From Octopus sinensis (taxonomy: Eukaryota), in NCBI RefSeq assembly GCF_006345805.1, contig NC_043005.1, forward strand, positions 26,226,001-26,290,000: a stretch of 64,000 nt of DNA, in the 5' to 3' direction. Shown here piece after piece: positions 35,791-49,270 of the stretch; within the stretch, counting starts at the first letter, position 1; each line of letters opens with the position of its first letter. A model generated the notes under the pieces. It had not been told where the DNA came from. It searched no databases and saw only the letters and a list, made by a program, of their open reading frames with translations. The position numbers and the translations under genes were made by a program.

Positions 35791-36435
35791 TATGTATGCA
35801 TGCAGCGAGAGAGAGAGAGGGGGGACCTATTGCTAATCTGGTTATGGTACCGCGGCAAACGTAAATGTTAATACCACATACATGTTAGTCGGAAAACTGT
35901 TACTTGCAAATTTCTTTCATAGTAACGAGGGTCTGCATGTGCATTGTATTCCCACCCAATATAACCAGGAGCAAGATTAAGTCAAAGCAAGTGTATGACT
36001 ACGCAGGACCTCGCGAAAATGGTTAGAATAATCTCGAGATACCGCAGTACCGAAGCGTGAGCTCTTTTCTATCTTTTCTCTTTTTCAAAAAAAAATGCTT
36101 CTCCCAGCATTCACTATTTTCCTCTGGTTCTAGTCTAACGACCCTCCATGTTTGTTTTCGTTCAGTTTCCTTGTATGTCACCAGTGTAATTTTTTTGTTC
36201 CCAACTTTGACCCTCCATAAATCCTAAATATCACTTTAGAATTTATGGGAGCAACCATCTTTGAATGCTCGAAATGAGGAGCAGAGAGACAGCAGACGAC
36301 TTATGAAGGATCCTATCTCTGTTTAACTTGTCCAGTTTTCCATTTTTCTCTCCCACGTTTGTTTCATGTTATTTGCACCGTTGGTGACGGACTGTACTCA
36401 TATATGCTTGTATATATATAGAGAGATAGATAGAT

Positions 36436-36569
<134 letters not shown>

Positions 36570-36720
36570 GGAGAGTTTACGGAAAAAAACAAAAGACGAA
36601 GACAGGTGGTGTACAAAACAAACAGATGTATTAGTATAACGCTCAGGAATAGAAAATGTCTTACGTTTCGAGCCTACGCTCTTCTACAGAAAGGGACACA
36701 GAAAACAAGGAGAGAAACAA
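36570..36720 (-). mobile_element. Penelope-like tail with variant hammerhead motif, next to (GATA)n 36420-36568
   Basis: CTTT-CTGTAGA-A-GAGC-GTAG-GCTC-GAAACGTA on the minus strand at 36693-36658. Confidence 0.6.
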
Positions 36721-36741
36721 TATATATATATATATATGTAA

Positions 36742-36791
<50 letters not shown>

Positions 36792-36814
36792 ATATATATA
36801 TATATATAAAGAGT

Positions 36815-37097
36815 AAGACCCCCTTCAGTCATGAATGACCATGGGATTGCACTAGGCAATGTTGTTTATGGAAGGCCAACAGTCGCCCATGCATACCAGC
36901 TTCCCCTCCCCACGCCACTAATGTTATCCAAGGGAAAGCAAAGGGGCTGATACAGCTTGGCACCAGTGACGTCACAACTCATTTCTACAGCTAAGTGCAA
37001 CGGGTGCAACGTGAAATAAAATGAGATAAAAAGTACAACACACAGCCCGGTCCAGGAATCGAACTCACCACCCCATGTTTGAGAGCCATGCACCTTC
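36815..37097 (-). mobile_element. SINE family C
   Basis: Reverse complement of the 7600-7937 type. Confidence 0.75.
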
Positions 37098-37122
37098 ATA
37101 CACACACACACACACACACACA

Positions 37123-37162
<40 letters not shown>

Positions 37163-37355
37163 TATGCGTGTGTATGTATATATGTGTGTTTGTATGTACG
37201 CACATACATATACGCGAACCCAGCACAAATGTGTGCGTATTAAGAAAAAACAAAGCAACTCTTCAATTTGACGTAATTTGTCCTGTAAAGAACTGATAAA
37301 ATGCGAGAAATGTCTGAGCAAAAAACACTAAACCTCTCAACAGAGTCGCATTTTT

Positions 37356-37412
<57 letters not shown>

Positions 37413-37710
37413 TGTGTGTGAAGTAAAATAATATGAATATTATTATTAAAACAAAAATAGAGTAATGGAGAAATTCATAGTAGGAAGTTTAACGACCATC
37501 TTATTCCGCCTTTTATGAAACAAAAAGTGTTTTTTTTTCCAAAGCAAAATAAAATTCGTTCCTTTTGTTGTTGTTTTTTTTATTTTTTATTTTTTATTAT
37601 TTTTTTCTTGTTTTCTTCTTATGCTCTCATGTGTGTACACTGAGCAATTACCATACGCACATATTCATACACACACATATAATACACTTTTAATGTTCTT
37701 ATATACCGTT

Positions 37711-37765
<55 letters not shown>

Positions 37766-37824
37766 GCTATCTTTCTCACAGTTTCTATTTATCAAATTCA
37801 CTCACGAGGTATTTGTCGACATGT

Positions 37825-38240
37825 AGGGCGGCGAGCTGGCGGAATCGTTAGCACGCCGAGCGAAATGCTTAGCGGTATTTCGTCTGCCGTTACGTTCTGA
37901 GTTCAAATTCCGCCGAGGTCGACTTTGCCTTTCATCCTTTCGGGGTCGATAAATTAAGTACCAGTTACGCACTGGGGTCGATGTCATCGACTTAATACCT
38001 ATGTCTGTCCTTGTTTGTCGCCTCTACGTTTAGCCTCTTGTGAGTAATAAAGAAATAGGTATTTCGTCTGCCGCTACGTTCTGAGTTCAAATTCCGCCGA
38101 GGTCGACTTTGCCTTTCATCCTTTCGGGGTCGATAAATTAAGTACCAGTTACGCACTGGGGTCGATGTAATCGACTTAATCCGTTTGTCTGTCCTTGTCT
38201 GTCCTCTCTGTGTTTAGCCCCTTGTGGGTAGTAAAGAAAT
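37825..38240 (+). mobile_element. SINE family B dimer with 18-bp TSD, nested in a SINE A
   Basis: TSD AGGTATTTGTCGACATGT at 37807-37824 and 38241-38258; unit junction at 38056/38057. Confidence 0.88.
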
Positions 38241-38500
38241 AGGTATTTGTCGACATGTGGTTACAGTAGAAAACACTTGATCATGATGCCGTGCACTAGG
38301 ACTGAACCGGAAACCTTGCGATTGCAAATGAGCTCCTTAACCACACAGCCATACTTGCACCTAACCAATCTGTTTATTCCATAAAATTCACTTTAGGACT
38401 TTTCTGTGAGAACATGTTTTTTCATATACAATGAGTGTGTGTCTGTGTGTGTGAGTGTATTAATACGGGCATGTTTGAGTGACCATGTACTTCTTACAAG

Positions 38501-38883
38501 TGGAGGCGCAATGGCCCAGTGGCTAGGGCAGCAGATTCACGGTCATAGGATCGCTGTTTCGTTTCCCAGACCGGGCGTTGTGAGTGTTTATTGAGCGAAA
38601 ATACCTAAAGCCCCTCGAGGCTCCGGCAGTGGGTTTTGGCGAACCCTGCTGTACTCTTTCACCACAACTTTCTCTCACTCTTTCTTCCTGTTTCTGTTGC
38701 ACCTGTATTTCAAAGGGGTCAGCCTTGTCACATTCTGTGTCACGCTTAATCTCCCCGAGAACTACGTTAAGGGTACACGTGTCTGTGGAGTGCTCAGCCA
38801 CTTGCACGTTAATTTCATAGGCAGGCTGTTCCGTTGATCGTATCTAGTGGAATCCACTTCGTCGTAACCGACGGAGTGCCACA
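38501..38883 (+). mobile_element. SINE family D, full length
   Basis: A box TGGCCCAGTGG, B-box-like GTTTCGTTTCC; same tail as 20147-20472. Confidence 0.82.
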
Positions 38884-39097
38884 TTTTATAATGTGTGTGT
38901 GTGTGTGTGTGTGTGTGTGTCTGTGTCTGTGTCTGTGTCTGTGTGTGTGTGTGTCTGTGTGTGTGTGTGTGTGTATGTGTGTGTGTATGTGCGTGCGTGT
39001 GTAAAAACTTTCTCATAATGCGTGTATGTCGACATGAATATGGTTGTGTAAGAACGTTCTCCTTATAATGTTCATATGTTAAAATGGTGTGAAAATA

Positions 39098-39433
39098 CAA
39101 TGTTAATACCAGTTTGAATACGCCAGTGGTACGTTCGGAATTGTCAACAAGCCACTTCCCCTTTTACTGTCATGGGGAAAACTTCTCGTAGTAGACATTA
39201 TTGTGGAAGAAAGGTTGTCTCTCTTATCAGCTCGCAACGCTGTGATTGAAGAGGAGATAACTACTCCGAAATGCTTGCATCTCATAGTCTGGATAGGTGG
39301 TGCTGCGAGCTGATTTAAGTGTATTTACACCATAATGTCTACAGCGGGGAATTTTCTCCGTGACAAAACACGGTGAATGGCTTGATTACAAGTCCGACGT
39401 GCTTTTAGCGTATTCGAACAGGTATTAACATTG
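39098..39433. mobile_element. MITE (336 bp)
   Basis: TIR CAATGTTAATACCAGTTTGAATACGC vs GCGTATTCGAACAGGTATTAACATTG (24/26). Confidence 0.7.
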
Positions 39434-39629
39434 CATTTTTACTTATCACCGCTTAGAGCACTTAAAATGATTGTCTCTCACGCAACGAGTGCATTTACTA
39501 TGAGTGTGGGTACCTTTGGCACCGGCTACGGTTGAGATACCAGCAACCAGACCTACACCAAGTGGCATGGATTTTTCTGTTGTCTCCGCTGCGTCATTCT
39601 TCTATAACTGTCAGGCGCCAACTGATATT

Positions 39630-39783
39630 CTTTTCTACTCTAGACACAAGGCCCGAAATTTTGGGGAGGGGATTAAGTCGATTAGGTCGACCCAGTACGC
39701 AACTGGTACTTAATTTATCGATCCCAAAAGGATGAAAGGCAAAGTCGACCTCGGAGGAATTTGAACTCAGAACGTAAAGACAG
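39630..39783 (-). mobile_element. SINE family B (type-II tail), 5'-truncated, 17-bp TSD
   Basis: AGGCGCCAACT(G/A)ATATT at 39613-39629 and 39784-39800. Confidence 0.85.
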
Positions 39784-41129
39784 AGGCGCCAACTAATATT
39801 AAAATCAGTTTTTTTTTTAAAATCTTCGTAGTTTCGAAGGTACTAGACTTTGGCTTACATCGTCACCATAGTAACATTTCAGGTGATGGCCTACTGAACG
39901 ATGTCTACAAACGGCTACGAGATTCAACCAGAGGCAAGAATTACTTGAGTTGGTTCAGGTACCGAAGGAAATCAGTTCTACCTCCCTATGTGTCACCTAC
40001 GGAGGCAATAAGTACCTTGATGGCATTTTGGGGCAGCTGCTAATACTTTGTGCGAAACCACGAAGGTATACCACCATAAACTTAGAGCCTTTCGACATTT
40101 CACACGGTAACAAATTTAGCGAATATGAATTTACTGTGTGTAAAATAGGCTGAACACTGTGTTGTGTGTGTGTGTAAGTGTGTTTGAGAGATAGAGAGAG
40201 AGAGGAAGAGAGAGGATGGGGTTTATATGATTTATATTATAATTAAAGCTTATATATGATAATTATATTATAATTAAAGCTTACGGAGATGTACTCGCAT
40301 AGCAAATGATTTGATCTGAGATCGTGTGCTGAAACGAAAACAATTGCAGCGTGGAAGGTGTTTGTAAGCCATTTAAGAAACACACAAAAGCCGTTCGATT
40401 CACTTCAACATTTAAGTTTAATTTGTCAAAATATTTTCGTCGCTAAAATCCGCGACCTGTTCACTGACAAAAATCCGTGCTGCATCTGAGAAAGTAACAG
40501 TTAGTTCGTCATATATATGTACGTATGTATGTGTGTATGTATGCAATGTATGTATGTATGTACGTACATACGCCTGTGTATGCATGTATGTATGTATGTA
40601 TGTATGTATGTATGTATATATGTATGTGTGTGTATATGCACGCACATACACACTATAAACATAAAGCTATAAACTTGTAGTGATGGATAGATGTAGACTG
40701 ACCACTCATCACAATAATATCAAATTTCAACCTCCCCCGCCGAAACTAGGAAGTGATTTACGACCCTCACCCCCAAAACAAAACCCTAAAACCTATTATC
40801 AGACATTTATCTCTATATCACAGAATTAAAGCTTATATGATATGAAATTAAAAGCTTATATGATATGAAATTAGTCTTTACAAAACACTATCACTAAAAT
40901 TCTGTCAATTCATCTACAAACTAAAAACATAATATTTGTATAAATTACGTAAATCGGTAGATCACCGAATGAAATGTTCTGTTGCGGTATTCATTTCCTT
41001 AACGTTCTGAGTTCAAATATCAGCTCAATACATCAAGCTAAAAATACAGTAAACTTTTGCAAACAGAGAAAATTTTGCAGACTCTATTCAAATCGATTTC
41101 TAACGGCTAAACATCCAATCATTTTTTGC

Positions 41130-42440
41130 CACCCACTATTCCGGTGAGAATCGTGGAGATAAATTCCTCAGCCACCTCCTCCATAAATTCCGATCCGAAG
41201 CAACTGTCCTTACACTTTCTGGCTGGATTCTCAAGCGTTACCAATTGAGTCTATGAATATCATCCAGCCGTCTCATTCTTGGTCTGCACCTAATTCTCCT
41301 TCCGGTTGACTCAGCTTGATGAATTCATCCTGCGATCTTTTCCAGTGCCATTCGAAACACATATCCGTTGTACCGAAGTTGTAACCTCTCGATTCAGAGA
41401 CTCACAGATCTCTGAGCTACGTCCCCTTTTCGGTCACATTACTCCAGAGATTCTTCAAAGGAACCTCATTTCGGCCACTTGTATTCGTGATCGTACTTTT
41501 TCGCTTATTACCCAACATTTATGACCAAAGGCGAGAAACGGCACGAAAACCATATTGAAGATAGCAAGTTTGACTTCTTTTAACAACCTCTCTTCTTCTG
41601 AGGGTCGAATGCTAATGCTGACAGCTAACTGTAACATCGCCTGCCTTGAGAGGACACTGTCTCAGTCTTCACAACAATTATTCTCACCTCTGCTTTATCA
41701 TTAGACGCTACTAAATTCCACAACATACTTTTTTTCTGGCGATCCACTGTTTCTTATTTCTTTACTGCCCACAAGGGGCTACACACAGAGGGGACAAACA
41801 AGGACAGACAAAGGGATTAAGTCGATTTTATCGACCCTAGTGCGTAACTGGTACTTATTTAATCGACCCCGAAAGGATGAAAGGCAAAGTCGACCTCGGC
41901 GGAATTTGAACTCAGAACGTAGCGGCAGACGAAATACCGCTAAGCATTTCGTCCCGGTATGCTAACGTTTCAGCCAGCTCGCGGTTTTTAATAATTCTTT
42001 CTACTAAAAGCACAAGGCCTTAACTTTGGGGAGATGGTTAAGTCGATTACATTAACCCCACTGCTCAACTGGTACCTTTTTTAATCAACCCCGAAAGGAT
42101 GAAAGGCAAAGTCGACCTCGGCGGAATTTGAATTCAGAACATAGCGATGAGCGAAATACCTATTTCTTTACTACCCACAAGGGGCTAAACACAGAGAGGA
42201 AAAACAAGGACAGAGAAACGGATTAAGTCGATTATATCGACCCCAGTGCGTAACTGGTACTTATTTAATCGACCCGAATAGGATGAAAGGCAAAGTCGAC
42301 CTCGGCGGAATTTGAACTCAGAACGTAACGGCAGACGAAAACCGCTAAGCATTTCGCCCCGGTGTGCTAACGTTTCTGCCAGCTCGTCGCCTTTGGCGAT
42401 CCACTGTTTCTGCCAATCCATTTGACTTCACTCACTATAA
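41130..42440 (-). mobile_element. RTE-clade LINE remnant interrupted by the SINE B trimer
   Basis: KEVKLAIFNMVFVPFLAFGHKCWVISEKVRSRIQVAEMRFL (RTE post-RT region). Confidence 0.75.
41755..42393 (-). mobile_element. SINE family B trimer with 18-bp TSD
   Basis: TSD TGGCGATCCACTGTTTCT at 41737-41754 and 42394-42411; units 42393-42161, ~42160-41990, 41981-41755. Confidence 0.88.
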
Positions 42441-43331
42441 ATATTGATTTTTAAGATAAGCGCAGGGCCACAATTCCGGGTGGTAAGACCAAAACAATTG
42501 CATCCATTTCAGTACCTGACTGGTAGTTTATTTTAACAACCCTGGTGAGATTTCAGCTCAGAAAACTAAGTGACATGAATAAATAAATACCACAAGGTAT
42601 TTGTGCAACGCTCTACTGATTATTCCATTCCACTGCCCTTTACAGTCGATAAATATCAAAAGTTTTATCTCCATGGAATCTGATAAGTTTAGAAAGGACA
42701 GATTCGAAAGAATGTTGACATTTACAACAATTACCTCTCAACAGAAAACAAACTACTTTAAAGCAACATGCCTACTGTGCTTTGTTGTTTGTTTAATTAG
42801 GCAGAAAGCAAACTAGATTAAGATGGGTTGAGAAATTAGATGTCATTGGTGGAATAAACAACGATTAAATAAAACTGCCTTCAACAGACCTCTCAAAATG
42901 AAAATAGATATTTTCATAGGAGTGCGATATCGAAGAAAAGAAAACGGACAATAGGAAAGCTGACAATTCAGAAACAAAACTTCGATATTTCGGGTACAGG
43001 GACCCATCCTCAGAGGAAAAACAATCTGGTAAATATCTAGTTATACAGGTTTTGTTGAACCTTCTGCATTGTCCGAAACTTTCCTATTTTCCTTTTTTCC
43101 TTTCTTAAATATTTTTATTTTATTTTGTTTTATTTTATAAATATTCATACAAGGTTCAATAAATATTTTATGAATTTTTATATGCTGTTGTATGAGCAAT
43201 GGCCCGTATTTTCTTTAATAACTAAGTTAAAGCAGTGCTTATGGCTCAGTCCAAAGCCTGCAAGACCGGTGGAACTGAAGGAGAATGGTAAGTTCCGACC
43301 AAAGTCTTGACGCGAGCTAACAAATATGGAG

Positions 43332-43418
<87 letters not shown>

Positions 43419-43445
43419 TGTGTGTGTGTGTGGTGTGTGTGTGTG

Positions 43446-43485
<40 letters not shown>

Positions 43486-43599
43486 TTTCGTGATGAAAAA
43501 TATCTCTGTACCACCGAATACAACCTACTTTATCATTTCAACAGTAAAATGGAAAAGGCCTTCAAATGAAATACAATTTGCCAGAACAACTATACCACT

Positions 43600-44110
43600 T
43601 CACCAAAACACATACGAAAAGAATTTTATTCCTCAAAATGTATCCCATCATGTTCTATTGTCTGTTGCCGTTGGTTATGCCAGAAGCTCTCTTTTCCTTC
43701 CACATGACCGGTGATCGGCCAAGCATGATCTTTCTTTCTTGGCTCGACTGTCGGCCGTGAAGCCTCTCTTATGTTCCTGTCTCATGACTTTTATCTCTTA
43801 TGTTCATCTCCTATGTTCCTACCTCAAGGCTTTCACTCTACACACGCCAGGTCAACTCTGATTCGTCTCTATTAGTCGAAAGACACCTGTTGTTATTTTC
43901 TTTTGCTTGCATTTGTAATTGTGTACCATTTTCTCCGTTTTTTTGGAGGGGGTTCGTTTTTTTTTTTCTTTGTCTTAGGTTAGATTTTTGGGGCCAGCCA
44001 GATTTGGACAGTCTCAAATGCAACCGGCCGAAACTGTAAAAATAATCTGGGAACTCGACTGAGGAGAGAAGGCCACGAATTACCCGTCCTTGTTTTCTCC
44101 TGCTCGCATT
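43600..44110 (-). mobile_element. Degraded RTE-like fragment
   Basis: Scattered KIMLG..EGKR-like residues on the minus strand; many lesions. Confidence 0.4.
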
Positions 44111-45039
44111 TGTATCGTCTATCTGTCCGGATGCTTTATTGTCGTCTGTTGCGTTCTTGTTCCATATTTTAGATTTATATACATATACATATATATATAT
44201 GCGTCAGTGTGTGTATGTGTGTGCCTGTGGATTCACATACACCCACACTAATTTTTTTTCCATCAATCTTTCAATTATAAAGTGTGTGCTTGCATACATA
44301 TATGTACACACATATAAACATATAAACACACATATAAACCTCTACATTTGTACACACACGCACATATATACATACATTCACTCGCACGCACGTACACACA
44401 CATGCACACACACACACATTTACATATATATACTATACACGCACACACACATACACACGTACAAACACACACAAATTCACATACACACCGACACATATAC
44501 ATACACACAATATATACCTACACGCGCACGCACACATACACATACGTACACACACACACACACACATACAAACGCACACATACACGCACACACAACTACA
44601 CGCACATATATACACACACACACACAAATGAACCCACACATACATCCCATACACACGCACACAATTATACATACATATATATGCACACACACACGCACGT
44701 ACAAGCACACACGCACACATACACTAAGTTAAGCACAGTTACTCGCCACACACCCAAACTCTACGCATACACACACGAACACACACATACACACACACAC
44801 ACACTACAAACAAAACACACACAAGATACATATACATACACGCACACACACATACCTCTTTGTTTTTGACCTGTGCTGGACCACTTCTTATTCTTACATA
44901 CTGGCCAGCTACTAGCCAGTTGTTCGCCATCCACACATACGCACATACACGCACCCACACACACACACACGTGTCATCATTGCACACAAACACACACACG
45001 CGCACACGCAGACCTCCGCGCACGCACACATCCACACAC

Positions 45040-45335
45040 ATTTCCTTGTCCTTACCTTACTGTCTTTGAAAACTCTCCTGTCTTTAAAAAACATTATTCT
45101 TCCACCTTTCTACTTCCGGTCTTTCAATATGTGACCTCGTGAGTACCACTAGCGATTTTTTTCCCTCTGTCTTCCCTTCTCGGGATCTTTCCTTCTCCTA
45201 TGTTTCCGACGAAGAGCTCCGCTCGAAACGTTAAACCCTCCTTCTTCCCTTCTTTCCTGAGCGTCCAATAATACTTTATTTGTTCCACGTCCTCGCTGTT
45301 TTTTTTGTTTTTTTGTGTTTTCTTGTTTGGATTAA
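45040..45335 (+). mobile_element. Penelope-like tail with hammerhead-like motif
   Basis: GTTT-CCGACGA-A-GAGC-TCC-GCTC-GAAACGTT-AAAC at 45202-45236. Confidence 0.6.
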
Positions 45336-45351
45336 CTATATATATATATGT

Positions 45352-45382
<31 letters not shown>

Positions 45383-45390
45383 ATATCTAT

Positions 45391-45424
<34 letters not shown>

Positions 45425-45504
45425 AAGAGAGAGAGAGGAGAGAGAGAGGAGAGAGAGAGAGATTACTTAGGTTACTTAGATAAGTTTCGGTCGAAGTTGG
45501 CCCA

Positions 45505-45785
45505 GTCCAATGGTTTAACCGCGCGAACAGGTATTCAGTCCGATTATTTCTATGTCCCCGCGCATGATACAGCCTTTAGACATTTATTGGATGGCCGTTG
45601 ACTCTCAAGAGTTCCTCCGCCCTTTGACGGGTTTTGTTTTTCATCCCGCCGGGTGTCCAATAAACACCCTCCTCACCAAACAAGCTTGGTGGGGTTGCCG
45701 TTTAGTCGCCGACGACCCGACCATGCAACAGGTTGTACTGGGTTACATGTTACCAGTAGCACTCGAAAGTGACCTTACATAACAT
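45505..45785. mobile_element. Second copy of the unclassified (ACAT)n-abutting repeat
   Basis: Near-identical to 2420-2690. Confidence 0.65.
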
Positions 45786-45829
45786 ACATACATACATACA
45801 TACATACATACATACATACATACATACAT

Positions 45830-46285
45830 GCAGAAAACAAAAGACGAAGACAGGTGAAGGAACAACAAGCAGGTGTATTAGTTTAACACTCGGGAAGAAT
45901 GGAGAAGACTTTTACGTTTCGTGCCTATGCTCTTCGGCAGAAAGGCTTAAGGGGTAAAATATGGAGAGCGAATGACAAAAACGGAGAGAGAAACAGAAAT
46001 GTGTAGAAATACGAACATGCACTAACGCGGGATGGGGTCAACGAGGTAAAGGGTGCAGTGAGCGGTAGGGTGAGTTGTAGGACCAGTGGAAGAGTGAGTA
46101 GGAGGAAAGGGTCTGTCCGCGAACGTATTGATGTATATTCCACTGCAGAAACCAACTTCAACAGTGCGAAACTGATGCGTGATCTATTAGCTCATCGTGC
46201 TGCATTCGATTCTTGTCGGAGACCGAGTCCCTCTCCGAGAGAAATTTCTTTAAATAGCAATTTCGAAACTCTTTACAATTCCTAA
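45830..46285 (-). mobile_element. Penelope-like 3' fragment with variant hammerhead motif
   Basis: CTTT-CTGCCGA-A-GAGC-ATAG-GCAC-GAAACGTA-AAAG at 45944-45909. Confidence 0.6.
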
Positions 46286-46296
46286 AAGAAATAACG

Positions 46297-46590
46297 GTGG
46301 AGGCACCTGGCCTAGTGGATAGAGCAGCGGACTCGTGGTCGTGGGATCGCGGGTTCGAATCTCAGACCGGGCGATGTTTTGTGTCTATGAGCGAAACACC
46401 TAAGTTCCACGCGGCTCCGGCAAAAGGTAACGGTGAGCCTCCACTGACTCTTTCTCCACAACTTACTCTCAATCCTTCTTCTTGCATCTAGCAGCTCACC
46501 TGCGACGGACCGACATCCCGTCCAGCTGGGGAACCTATATGCCTATGAAACCGGGAAACCGGCCCTTATGAGCCAGGCATGAGAAAAAAA
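46297..46590 (+). mobile_element. SINE family D head and body with a different tail
   Basis: GGAGGCACCTGGCCTAGTGG head, GGGTTCGAATCTC B box; tail CCTGCGACGGACCGACATCCCGTCCAG..GAAACCGGGAAACC. Confidence 0.75.
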
Positions 46591-47116
46591 ACAAACAACA
46601 ACAAAAGAAATAATGAATTTGGTAATATTAACGAATTTCTTGGGAATTATGTAGATAATACATCAATAATCAACCCATCAGCACAAATAGGAGTTGGGGG
46701 TCTACTTTAATTTTTATACAAGCTCGCCGCATGTTGATCAGCGCAAGGTGTGTAGATCTATGAACGAATGCATCTCTGGACTACTCTGGTGTGCAAAATA
46801 TTCAGTATCTGGGGTTACATTTCCCCTGTTTCTTTTCCATTTTTAATTTAAAACTTAATATGTAATTTTGTAATTTGAAGATTTATCAGCTATTTATAGA
46901 AGTGAAGGCATTGGGAATTGGCAAGAAAATTTTTTAAATGTTTGTAAAACTTTTCAAAGTGTTTTTAAAATTTTTTACTGTAAAGGGAAATAACTCTAGA
47001 AAAGCTTAACCAAAATTATTTCCCTTGCATTTATTTATTTTTTTAAATGACGATTCTGAGGCAGCATTTTGAAGGGCTTAATCTTGTAATTAGAGCAGAA
47101 AAGAATATTATTCCCT

Positions 47117-47570
47117 GTCGTCGAGCTGGCAAAAACGTTAGCATGCTTGGTGAAATGCTTAGCAGTATTTTGTCTGTCTTTACGTTCTGAGTTCAAATTC
47201 CACCGAGGTCGACTTTGCCTTTCATCGTTTCGGGGTCGATAAATTAAGTACCTATTTCTTTATTACCCACAAGGAGCTAAACACAGAGGGGACAAACAAG
47301 GACAGACATAGGTATTAAGTCGATTAGATCGACCCCAGTGCGACCCCGAAAGGATGAAAAGCAAAGTTCGACCTCGGCGGAATTTGAACTCTGAACGTAA
47401 CGACAGACGAAATACGGCTACGCATTTCGCCCAGCTGTATTTCGTCTGTCGTTACTATCAGAGTTCAAATTCCGCCGAGGAATTTAAGTACCAGTTGCGT
47501 ACTGGTTCGATCTAATCGACTAGCCCCGCCCCAAAAATTTAGGGTTTTGTGCCTAGAGTAGAAAAGACTC
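47117..47570. mobile_element. SINE family B (+) containing an inverted SINE B insertion from 47253
   Basis: TAAGTACC repeated at 47245-47252 and 47485-47492 around a minus-strand copy with the type-I tail. Confidence 0.7.
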
Positions 47571-47684
47571 GTACTTGTTCGATCGTAGCCTCTTGCTAAA
47601 GCGCTAGGGTACAAGGACGTAAACAAACCAGCACCAGTTGTCAAGCGGTGGTGGGGAACAAACAAAAACTCTGCTACATACATG

Positions 47685-47725
<41 letters not shown>

Positions 47726-47881
47726 TTCCATACAGTTTCTCTCTACCACATTCACCCATGCGGCATTGGTTGGCCTGGGATATAGTAAAATACACTTGCC
47801 AAAGATGCCGCGCAATGGGACTGAATCAGGAACCGCCAAGTTACAAAGCGAGCGTCTTAACCACACAGCTACACCTGCGCC
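47570..47881 (-). mobile_element. SINE family A
   Basis: Head ends ACACCTGCGCC at 47881. Confidence 0.7.
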
Positions 47882-47885
47882 GCCA

Positions 47886-48807
47886 GCAATTTTTTTTTCT
47901 CAATAGATTTCCGGACCCCAGTAAATGAGCTCATTTGCATACAGCCAATCAGAGCTCACCTTGAAAATCCACATATGTGTGCTGCTACAGTACAGCCAGT
48001 CAGGCATTGATTGGTGTATACCACTCTGTGAGTACAGCATAGTAGGTATCACATAAGCACCACATTCCCCCCTACCATCCTCATAGATAGATCAATTGAG
48101 CCCCATCTCTATATGCAGCTAATATTAGGTGCCTATGCTCAGGCCGCGAATTTTTTTTTCCATGAGTGTTCCGGACCCCAGTAATGAACTCATTTGCATA
48201 CAGCCAATCAGAGCTCACCTTGAAAATTCACATACAGCACAGCCAGTCAGGCATAGAATGGCGTATGCCACCCTGTGAGTACAGCATAGTAGGTATCATA
48301 TAAGCACCACATCACCACCACCACCATCCTTATAGGTCAATTGAGTCCATCTCTATATGCAGCTAATATTAGGTACCTATGCTCAGACTAAGATTAGTGA
48401 TACTGCATGTACCAATTGATATATGCAAGGAGGGCGCAATACGTCACAACGCTGTATTGATTACGATGTTCCCAGATCAACACCAACATTTTAAGTTAGG
48501 AATGTACAAAATCAGTTAAAAAATTAGGAAACTACACTCATTTACATTTTCTAGTAAATTACGCAAATTGGCAACACTTATGGCATCATCGGTGACCAGC
48601 TCTCCATTCACTTTATACACTAAATTTCACATTTGTCACCTCTAATAACCCGTTTAGAACAGTTAACGTTTATTACGACGCACGTTTTCCACTAAACTCA
48701 GCCAGCGTATTTTCGTGACAAGGTGGACACAAGTTGAGTTCTGATTGGCTGTATGCAAATGAGTTCATAACTGGGGTTCGGGACTCTCGTGGGGAAAAAA
48801 AATTTCG
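47886..48807. mobile_element. Long-TIR MITE (Mutator-like?) with an internal ~255-bp direct duplication
   Basis: TGCGCCGCCA at 47876-47885 and 48808-48817 (putative 10-bp TSD); ~90-bp TIR carrying ATTTGCAT-ACAG-CCAAT. Confidence 0.6.
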
Positions 48808-49082
48808 TGCGCCGCCATATGTGCGTGATTACCTTTTTATGTATGTGAATTACATACACGCATATGCAAATGGGTATATAAATCAAAGGTTCCCCCGGGA
48901 TTCTGAGGTGTATATATTCGCCCCTGGACGGGACACCAGTCCATCGCAGAATTACTCGAGTGAACAGAAGCAACGTGAAACGTAGTGTTTTGCGCAAGAA
49001 GGCAATACGTAGTCCGGTCAGAATCTTACGATCATGAATGAAAACTCCAAACTAATGGCCATGCACTTCCACACACACGCAC

Positions 49083-49118
<36 letters not shown>

Positions 49119-49146
49119 ACACACATATATATTTATATATATATAC

Positions 49147-49188
<42 letters not shown>

Positions 49189-49270
49189 AATAATAAATAT
49201 TAGGGAATAAATCCAAATTTACAGGGAAAAAATCAGATTTAGGATTAAATCCAATTTTATAGTAAAATAT

